A DNA stretch of 63,977 nt, filler included, from Dimargaris cristalligena (lineage: Eukaryota): NCBI GenBank assembly GCA_003614675.1. It is 3 parts of 3 records of this genome, joined end to end, with 100 filler letters (N's around TTAATTAATTAA, not from the genome) between each part and the next. Parts side by side here need not be neighbours in the genome. Positions count along the whole stretch, not along the records: positions 22,472 to 44,721 come from ML002635.1; 2 more parts are not named here. One strand, 5' to 3'. Both the position numbers and the translations under genes were made by a program. Positions 23,531-33,518 of the stretch are shown piece by piece; position 1 is the stretch's first letter; every line of letters starts with the position of its first letter. The notes beneath the pieces were generated by a model that saw only the letters and a list, made by a program, of their open reading frames with translations, searched no databases and was not told where the DNA came from.

Positions 23531-25584
23531 ATGCAACCTCTGCTGATCAACCGACTTGCCTTGGTTGCATTTGGCCTATTGCTCTACCTCAATGACCAAG
23601 TCCACACAAGCACAGGTGGTCTGCTCTGGACCAAAGGGGAAGCCATACTTCAGGAAAAGGCGATTAGTCAGTTGAACTCCTTGGGTCTCTTTACCCTGAA
23701 TGAAAATCCACATGGTTGCATCCAGAGTAGTAAAGAGGCTGACAATACGGAGCACTTAAACCCAAGGGATGGATTAACCACTCTACCCCCTGAAATCTTG
23801 GGCCAAATTAGAGACCTGGCCCTGGAATCGGGGCCTATCCAGAATATTTATACCAGGCTCATGCGGGCCTCCAAAGCCATGGCCGCCCACACTTCTCATT
23901 GACCCATGGCCTCTGTTCAGGTAAGTTCTAGGTACATTCCACCTATGCCACCACAGCCGAATTAACCCCTGTTGCCAATGAATGGCATTATAATACCCGT
24001 TAGTGAACTACAGGGAATAATATTGGCAATTCTTGGTTGGTTGACCCACTGTAGCACCGATAGTCTTTCTGTTGTTATATATATCATTTCTATCCATGCT
24101 TTGGCCCTATCTACATAGCAAGCAATGTCTCCATTACAGACCCCTTAAAACATAATGTGTTTCATTTATACAAAAATTTACTAGTCCATTAACAATACCT
24201 ATCCCAAATATATCCCTACCTAGATGTCCTACATAAAACTACAAGCCGGCCTTATGAAGTATTGGGCCAGTGGCTTGCTAAACATTCCGAAGGAGTGGGC
24301 AATGATATCTTCGACTGACCATGTACCTTCGGCCATGTCTAGAAATTGCCATTTCAAACAGGGGGTCCGGGAAACCTTCGATCCTTGGCAAGAGCTACTC
24401 TACCACCAATTGGCCATCAGGCACTGGCGGCATTCGAGTTGCCTTGTGAAACTGGTATACTCTGTTGAGAATACCAATGTAGAGGCAAACTTAGTACTCA
24501 GAGTCAGTCCCAACCCGGAAACCTATCTAAAAGAACTCTTGGAGGTTACCCGTGACGGCCCCGTCTTCCAAAAAAGTGCCCAGCAATTTATCAATCTGAG
24601 CCAACTACCGAAACTGATTCTGGCAAGCCAACTGCACCTTATAGCCCTGGCAGATAATTCCAAACATATTGATGATATGGGAGAAGTTCATTCAGGCTGT
24701 ATAATGAAAAATCCATTGGATGAGGTCAATATTACTGGTTAAAAACCATTCTCACATATATTAACCTATACATGTATTATGTAAAACCTTATACAGCTGT
24801 TTTGAATTTCACCCATATCTTCAAAGTCTTCCGCACTTCGACTAACCTATCCTTTGTTTATCTCATGAAACGGGGCTTGGAGATAAAATCCAAAAGGAAC
24901 CCTAACTATGTGGAAGGACCCTTGTGGAATATGGTCAAACTGTGGCGGATTAAAACCTGTAAACCTTTTGTGGGGCTTACCTATTTAGACTTATTCGACA
25001 TTCTGGCCGCTATTATCATGGTATGCTTGGCCCTCACAGGGAAGTTCGACCATGTCCGTAAATTTGTGGCCAGGCTTGGATATATTCAAAATCATCTCCA
25101 AAAATATGGTTTAAGCATTCTCCGGAGGAATTGCTTCGGGAAATTGGCCGTTATACTGGGTGCCATGACTCGCCAAGGGCACCTGGTTCATATCTTGTCA
25201 CACGAATTTCTAGGTACCGAGTCTGATTATAGGCACAAGGACGAGCGTACTTTGTCCAATTCCTATTTAGCCGATGAAATGCGCAAACTTGATTTGGTCA
25301 AGAGTGCGGAGTTTCTTGAGGTGACCTTCAAATGTCCGAATTCCGGGTTTGATCAACTGCCTGAAGCCGAAAAATAGGTCAAAGAATTCGGCTATAGACA
25401 CCTCATACAATTACGGCTGTTAAATAGTGGTGACACCCCCCAAATGGGTGTGCCCGTTATCATTTCAGAGCTCGACGCTGACACCAGAAGCAAGCTTACG
25501 GACCTGGGGTTCTGGAAACACGACGATATCTGGGAATATGGTCAACTATTTGCCGACCGGTTTCCTGATGTGAACTTGAGTTAA
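23531..25584 (+). pseudogene. Disrupted gene for a putative secreted protein with an F-box-like motif (~536 aa when restored)
   Basis: It has a hydrophobic N-terminus (MQPLLINRLALVAFGLLLYL) and the motif LTTLPPEILGQI. Lesions are an in-frame TGA at 23900-23902, a MITE at 24679-24814 and an in-frame TAG at 25375-25377. A phase-0 intron lies at 23921-24223. Removing the MITE plus one TSD restores KHIDD-IFKVFRTS in frame, and the frame stays open after the TAG to TAA 25584. Confidence 0.8.
24679..24814 (-). mobile_element. 136-bp MITE, copy D, inserted in coding sequence
   Basis: Reverse complement of copy C with 7 differences counted by eye; flanked by ATAT/ATAT. Confidence 0.93.
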
Positions 25585-25716
25585 GCCCAGTATGTGGGTT
25601 TACAAATCATAGTTTACTTTATGGTTCTTGAAATCGAACTTACCATGATTCTGCTCATTGGGTAGAACAGTTCCACACCCCGTGCCGATATTACAATAAT
25701 GGCAATTAGGCCATGG

Positions 25717-26020
25717 TGTAACCAGATTAGGCCGAGGAGGGCAGGGAAATAGTAGCGCGCCGAGTAGGGCAAGAGTTGAAGATAGATAATAAATGTATAA
25801 GTATTTATTTCGAAGACAAGGTGTAAATAGTCGGCCGCTCCAGACAGTCTGTTTTATCCCTCCGAGATGAGGTGTTGTTCTAGTGCTGTTGGGGTAGAGG
25901 CGCCTTCTTCCAGCGGGTAGTCCATGTCCTCATCCAGGGGTTCTTCCTCACTCGGGTGAGGGGTACTGTGGGGAGGATCAGTCTCCTGCCGGTGGGTGAT
26001 GGTGACCTCCCTAGGTTGCA
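25717..26020. mobile_element. 304-bp solo-LTR-like element
   Basis: Ends TGTAACC ... GGTTGCA with a 4-bp direct repeat ATGG on both sides (25713-25716, 26021-26024). AATAAA-like signals lie near 25788-25809. Confidence 0.6.
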
Positions 26021-26233
26021 ATGGGTGAGTCGATATCTCTTTACTATCTACTTATTTCTGGATACCTCATCTTCGACTTTATTGGCCATAAGTTCTTCTT
26101 TACCAATGGGCCAAAGTATCTATAAACGTAATAATTTGCCTACGAGTAAAGTGCTATGCTAATTGAGTATGGGGATGGGTCATAATTTTAAATGAATACA
26201 ATGATGCCCTAGAATGCAGAGATGAATTCATAT

Positions 26234-26368
26234 AGGAGTGGCTCAGCCAAGGTGTGTAATGCAATTCTGTCGGGTGAGGCAAAAGCGGTAGCTTAAAAGC
26301 AAATCTCGCCTATTTTCCCGTACACACAGATCACTTAAAACCGTATACAGCTGGTCCGAATTTCACCC
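26234..26368 (-). mobile_element. 135-bp diverged MITE, copy E
   Basis: AGGAGTGGCTCAGCCAAGGTGTGTA ... TATACAGCTGGTCCGAATTTCACCC, flanked by ATAT/ATAT. Confidence 0.85.
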
Positions 26369-26892
26369 ATATTCATGCAATCCGAAGAAATGTAGTTGTG
26401 TCCACCTGGATCATATAGAGAGTCGTCTGAAAATAAATTGCGACCATTATAGTACCGCGCTTGGTGCTTGGCTCTCTTTTGGAGACAATATAACTAATGC
26501 GTAGGCTATCGTCCATAATCACGTGATCTCTAGTCGGTTGGCAATTAATTATACACCTCTTGGTTAACTGAAAACTCAAACTCTTCGAGGTATATAATAT
26601 TGGTCTATAGGTTTGAATACATGAAAAATCCTGGAAAAAAACAAAGAAGAAAAGAAAAGGAGAGGCCTGGTTGCAAGAATCACGGCGCTCATTCACCCGT
26701 CAAGAATTCCATTTCCAAGGAACTTACCCAGCCCCCTCTCCATTTCGAGAGTTTATGTGCCTTATTTCCTCATTTGCCTGTCACCATTTTTCTATAGGGA
26801 TATAAGAAATACCATACACCCTACTATACTTTGCTGCATTCCCGCCCGCCCCGGCATCCCTCTTATTCCGTAGCCAGCGCCGTGGTTTTACC

Positions 26893-29800
26893 ATGGTCCC
26901 CAAGTCAACGCCCAATACCGCCACTATGGCCACCCCAAATTCCAAGACAAAGACCCGAAAGCTTAGTAAGGCCCTGCGCAAGCTGAAACAGAAGGGCCGC
27001 TTGACTACTCCTTCTTCGCTGGACCAGGAACAGGAAGGGGGAGACGGTGTTGACGAGGCACCTCTCACCTCTAATCTCGACGACTGGGAATGGTCCGAGG
27101 TCGCCTGTCCCGATAATGCTATGATCACCGACGAAATCGGAGGCTTCCTGTGCCTCGAAGAGCTGGACGGAGTCGACTGTGTCTGGCAGGGCGACGACCA
27201 GATTGGACGCATTGTGCAATTCCGGGTAAGTGGAAATATCATTCGCCTCTATTGGCATTTCTACATATTTATGTTCGCATATGGAAATACGCACTGTGAG
27301 TCGCCAGGAAGTGGGCTGTAGTAATCTATGAGCGGCTGACTACCATCTCCCCTTTACCCTGGAATGAATCTAGTGCTCATTCATTGGAGATTCACCTCCC
27401 TGACTAGCCCTCCTCTCCTAGCGATTAGTCGCACGCACCTCCTACATTCCTTGGCAACTAATCTATAAAGTATCATTGATTTCTGTTTATAACCTCCACC
27501 CTATCAGAAATCGGGCAGTTCCACATCCAAGAAAAGCAAGCGCGCTCGGCCCGACACCCCACTATCTCTGGAAGAAACCTCAAATTATATATCCATTGAT
27601 GACTTCGAGGAAGGGGCGCAGTATGTCCGTCAAGCTACAGATGCCGATGAGGAAAATACTCCGGCCGAGGTGAATACGACGCCTGTAGTCAAAGCCGACT
27701 CTACCAATCTACCAACATCCAAAAAAGCGACCAAGCAAGCTAAGAAAGCCAAGGGGGAGTCTGCCGAACCATCGCCAGCTGGGGCACCCCTAGTGCCTGG
27801 AACCCCTGACAAATCTGATGAGAGTACGTTTATCAAGGCAATCATTTATTATTTATTCGTTTTGTCCCGCTGCACCACTGGTGGATAACACATGAATTTA
27901 GTGGCTACTCTAAGCTTAAATTGCAATGGGCCTCTGCCTAGTCTCTCGTCTTCGAAGAGGCATGGCATTTCCGCCAATGGTGAGCTTATTGTTGCATAGC
28001 CATTTAACCAGCGCCAACCTTTTATTTTTATTGTTTGCTACCTTAATTTCTAGGCGATTCCCCGCCCGAAGCCGACATAGAAGCCTGGAAGTCCCTTGGT
28101 CTTCACAAATCCCTATTGAACAACCTCGCCAGCCTAAAATTCAGTACCCCCACTCCCATTCAGGCCCAAACCCTCCCGCTGACCCTCGCCGGCCGCGACG
28201 TTGTGGGTGCCGCCGAAACCGGTTCGGGTAAAACGCTGGCCTTCGGTCTACCTATGCTGGACTATTATCTGCAGCAATCCACGGCCGCTGATGACCGTCT
28301 GATCGGGCTGGTTCTCACTCCGACCCGTGAATTGGCTATCCAAGTCCGGCAGCACTTGAGCCAAATCGCCACCGACACCCGGGCCCGGGTAGTCACGGTG
28401 GTGGGGGGTATGTCCGTCCAGAAGCAACGCCGAGTCTTGGCCCAAAATCCGGCCATCATTGTGGCGACCCCCGGTCGACTTTGGGATATATTATCCGAAG
28501 ATCGGAAACTGGGTAACCGGTTACAGACGGTGCGTTTCCTGGCGATTGACGAGGCGGATCGACTCCTCGAGCGGGGTCATTTCGCCGAAGTAGCCAATAT
28601 CCTGAAACTCATCAACCAAACTCCGTCCACCGGGAGCGAGTTCGAATCCGAGTCGAGTGAGGCGGTGGAAATGGCCCCCGGGTCTACCACTCCCCCCGCA
28701 GCGGAAGATTCCCTGCGGCAAACGCTCATCTTCTCGGCTACCCTAACCGAGGACCTGCAGGCCGCCCGCGGCGGTCCCAAAAAGTTAAAGGGCGTTGCCA
28801 AAAACAAGGTTCCGCGATCGGCCAACTCGGTGCTCAAGGACCTGATGGATCGGGTCCAGTTCCAGGATCCCTCACCTGTCCTGGTGGACGTGACCCAGGC
28901 CCACGGTATGGCCGGTCGTCTCGTTGAAAGTCGCATCGACTGTCTCCTCGAGGACAAGGACATCCACCTCTACTACCTCCTCACGCGCTACCCCGCCCGG
29001 ACCCTGGTGTTCGTCAATTCGATTGACGCCATTCGCCGTCTGGTACCCATTCTGCAATTACTCAAAATCCCCGCATTTGGGCTGCACTCCCAAATGGAAC
29101 AGCGGGCCCGACTTAAAAATGTCGACCGGTTTAAGTCACATGAACAGGCGGTGCTCGTTGCTAGTGATGTGGCGGCCCGTGGTTTGGATATTCCCCTGGT
29201 CGAACACGTCATTCACTACCAAATTCCCCGTGCGGCGGATGTAAGTAATAATTATCTACATTCATCCCAGCCCGAGATGAAGTGGCCCAGATGCCTTCTA
29301 CTAACCAATATCTGCATATTTCGGTGGGGCTTGAGTACCTCTTTGTAACGTAACGCCCATTAAAGAATACATCGAAAGGGACATAGAGAGAGGACCCCTC
29401 GACCACATGCGCCCCCCTGGGTATTCAGATTCTAGGACTTACCCGTTATATATTCATCTACCCCATACATTACCCAATATCTAGATCTACGTCCACCGAA
29501 GTGGCCGTACCGCCCGTGCCCAGAAGGATGGTATTAGTATCATGCTGTGCTGTCCCGAAGAGGCTAAGCTATTCCGCAAACTTTGTCACCAGTTATCCAA
29601 GGGTAAGTAGTGTTTTAGGTATACTTGACTATTTAAAGTCGTAGATGTGAGGACAATGCCAGCTCCTAGTTGGGTATGATAAAGAATTGATTGCTAAATG
29701 ACCTCCGTTTAATTACCCCCTCCCTCCCTCTCCTGTACTCCGACGCTCTATTCCAACCCGGTACTAGACGAGTTACCTCGATTCCCGGTTGATCACCATA

Positions 29801-30189
29801 TCCTGAAAGAAATGAAAAAACGCGTGAAACTGGCCCGCAGTATCAACGGATCGGAGCACCAGGTCCAGAAGAAGCGGTTTGATGCCGACTGGATGCGCAA
29901 GAGTGCCGCGGAAATGGACGTGGAACTCGACGAGGGAATTCTCTCCGACGACGAAAGCACCGAAGCCAAACTGGCCCTGAGTCAGACCCGCACCAAAGTA
30001 ACGAATTGGAAACGCGAACTCACGCTGTTGCTCAATCAGCCCATCATGCCCCGTGGTACGTCCAGCGGCTTCCTCACGTCGGCGACTATTCATGACCTCG
30101 CCACCCGACTCTTGGACACCGAGTCCCATATTACGCAGCTCCCGGCCACCAAGAAGACTCGGGCTATTTCAGATGCCTTGGGTCTCTGA
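26893..30189 (+). CDS. MAK5: ATP-dependent DEAD-box RNA helicase Mak5/DDX24 (multi-exon)
   Basis: Motifs [36 protein letters not shown] and HRSGRTARA are present. The N-terminal [13 protein letters not shown] and C-terminal RVKLAR...[12 protein letters not shown] segments are characteristic of Mak5/DDX24. The first exon is 26893-27225 and the last 29768-30189. Confidence 0.93.
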
Positions 30190-30594
30190 GCAGCTTAGGT
30201 GGGAAGGAGACATGGTGTGGTATAATAGAGGGACCCCTGCTACTTGCCCTCCACCCCTCCTACCCTTCTCCGCCCATCCTATATGTTTACTCGGCTATGT
30301 ACGCATGGTTCAATGATGTAGGTTATAATAAATATATAATTATTGGGTAATCACTGGGGAAGGAGGAAGGGGCGATGCATTTTTATTAATTTATATTAAA
30401 GTACTGATTGTAACCACCAAAGTCTGGATTTTTGAGCAGTAGCCAGTGGAAAGAACTTCCCCAAATAGCAAAAATAGGATAGGGGGACGATGCAGGCGTA
30501 AACCCTCTCCACACATATGCATACTTATGTACGTCCATTCACACATCCTCAGTGTGGTATTTTCCTTTATGGGATCAACTGCGAATCGACCAAA

Positions 30595-32272
30595 CTACCT
30601 CTTTTTACCAGCCGGGTGGATCCCGCTCTCGGAAGGCTGCTTGGCTTGGATTTTAAGTTTCCGTTGCTTTTTGTCTTCCTTGTCTTGTTGCGTTCGACTG
30701 ACGGTGGCGGCCTTTTGGGCCGTGAAGAATTCCTCCACGCTGGCATCGTCCAAGGGATCGAGGGTAATCCGACCAAACTTACCCTTTTGGTAGCGTTTGA
30801 TGAAGTTGCGGGCCGCCTCATTAAAGCGGGGTTCCCCGCCCCGTCCGATAGCCCCGATGGTTTGGGCCACTTGGGGTAATAGCTCAGTGATGTCGTCGGT
30901 GCATTGATCCAGGCGGTATTCGTCCTTGTAGCTAATAGATGGGATAGGCAAGTGGGCAATAATCATCAAGGGGGAGAAGGGGGGCGTTGGAAAGGGGGGT
31001 GAATTGGGGGGTAGGATTAGGGGGGAGGAGGTCGGTGAACACACCAGACAGGTGATAAAGATGCAAGGTAATGTGTGATAAATATAGATCGGCTGACCAG
31101 ATGGGAGGCATAGTAAGTCCTAAACCCAGATGGGCGCACATGGGAAGGCGAAGGTGGTGGTGATGGAGAAGGTGGGAGCACCGGGAAAATCACGCATCAT
31201 GGTTGGGGACGGGATGGGATAGTATAGAGAAGAGTGATGCCGATCAACATAAGACAGGTTTTTTATTGACGAGTCTAAGGATCAACACTTACGATGTATT
31301 GTTGGTGCGGTTGAGTATAAACAAGAGGTAGTCGGCCATAATCTCCGGATCGACGACATCCTCGTTGATACCTCCCGTCAGAGCCACTCGGAGGGCATGG
31401 AGGGGGTCGGCAATGTAGGGCATCATGACCCCGGGAGTATCACTCAGATACACCACGGGGTCGCGGTGGACCGTAATGATGTTCGACACGCGTCGGGTGA
31501 CCCCCGCGCGGGCCCCGGTGGAAGCCGCCTTGGTCCCACGGCCCCCTCGAAGCCCCACCCGGCGGAGGGCATTGATAAGGTAGGATTTGCCGACGTTAGG
31601 CATGCCAATGACCATGGCCGTAATCGGTGGGCTGTGGGCGGGTCTTTGGCGTGCTTTTTCTGGGGAAAAGATATGCGGATGCCATTGGAAATGGAAGGGG
31701 TGTAATGCAGGAATACCGAAGTAGATGAATCAGTTTGGGAAGGGAGCATTGTGTGAAAGGGATAACGGTAGTAGGATCGGAGAGTGGACTAACAAACTAA
31801 TCTATTGGTAAATTCCCTATACGCCGGCTAAGGATAATATAGGGATGTCTTTGAAATACGACTCACTGTACCCAATAGGAGGGATACGACACGGGTATCT
31901 TACCAGGGTAATCCAGAAATCGGACTTACCAACAATATGCTTAAGGATCCGTTTGGGATCGGAGTTGGTCAATAGACTGGTGAACTCTACATTCTGCCCT
32001 GGCATGCGACGTAAGGCGGCCAGGGTCTCGGCAGGGGTCTGCGGAGCGGCCAAATCGACTTTATTGTAGACGATCAACCGATCCTTGCTCTGGACCAGTT
32101 GCTCCAGGTGGGGGTTAATGGAGGACAGGGGAATGCGGGCATCGCGGGTTTCGATGATGAGGTCGATCTTCTGGAGACGTTCGGCGATCTCTCGCATGGC
32201 CCGGGCCATGTGGCCAGGGAACCAGCTAATGGTGCGACTGACCTCGAAGGTCGACCGGACGAGGTGGGCCAT
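30595..32272 (-). CDS. MTG1: Mitochondrial ribosome-associated GTPase 1 (RbgA/YlqF family)
   Basis: Motifs WFPGHM, ETRDARIPLSSIN, NKVDL, GMPNVGKS, DTPG and GKFGRITLD. Exons 32272-31930, 31659-31293 and 30931-30595. Confidence 0.95.
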
Positions 32273-33518
32273 TGTCTGGGTGCGGAAAGTAATACTCAGG
32301 AGCCGTTCAGGGGAGGGGTGTCCAAGGTACGAGAAAGAGAAACTACGGTTCCTAAGGGTCAAGTGTATATAGTGTAGTGCACACTGGTTAGGGTATTAGA
32401 ATAGAGAAAGCGACAGGGAGGGAGAGAGAGAGATATTGAGGTTGAGAGAGAAAGTGAGGTAGGGTCCAGAAAAGCGACCGAAAGACTGAGAACTGGCTTC
32501 CATTACGCTTGCTTGATCCTTGATCGTACATTTTTTTCCACAGATATACGGAAGCCAGGAACAGAAACCCTAATGCGTAGCGACTATTCAAGGGCACACT
32601 GCCTCACTCATTAGCCGCGCGCGCTCAACTGGGAAGTGAACGGGCCCAGAGTGACGGCGGAATAGGCCCCTGCATACGGCTGGCCCGCCAGCAAACGAAC
32701 CGACAGTGGGTGTGGATGGTGCCTACGTGACGAACCCTGAAGGGTCTCTCTCCTCTTTTGCTCGTTTGTCGGGCAACAATGCTAATGTTATGATGGCCAG
32801 ACCAATAATCACCCTTTTACCCACGGCAGCCGCTCCGTGACTGCACGCAGAGAGCCCAATAAAGCGAAAGGAAAATAAGTTACGAGGGACGCATAGAGTC
32901 CGCACGCTCCGTTTAGAAGAGAAGTGAAGTGATGATGATGATGACCCTGGCCGCGAGTAGCGGCGACTCCCCAAAAAACTAGTCAGTATGTATGCGCCTA
33001 TTTTTTTATATTGAAAGGGCCCACCGTGATGCCCTGGGCCTGAAATCACAACTCTCTCTCACTTTCTTTCCCTTTAATTTTATTATTAAATACCAGCGGG
33101 GTTTGGTTGTTGTTTTGGGCGTAGTTTAATAACATTGTGTTTATGTTTCCACTGGTGGTCAACTTTAGTTCCCTTTTGTTCTATATTTATATATATATAT
33201 ATACGCCATACACCACCAGTCCTGCATGCCACTCCTTTCACCCCCCTCCCTTCTCGTTAAACCCTCCGTCGTCCTTATCCACTTCGTTGTCTATTCCTCC
33301 CCTTGTGCTTCTCACTCGTTTCCTCCCCATTGCTGGTTTCCCTTCGCCATACTTACACACTGTTCTTCCGTTTACCCCTCTCCTGATTTCCTGCCCGTTC
33401 GGTGATTGTTTGACTCATACTGGCGTTTATCCCTTCTCCCCAGAGTGGCCCTTGGCTCCGCTTCGCATTCAGCCCTCCCCCACCACTGCCACAGCCGTCG
33501 TTGTCGCCGTCACCGGCC

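Noticed and set aside
29603-29767. Possible intronic C/D snoRNA in MAK5
   Set aside because: No canonical RUGAUGA/CUGA pair or recognisable rRNA guide.
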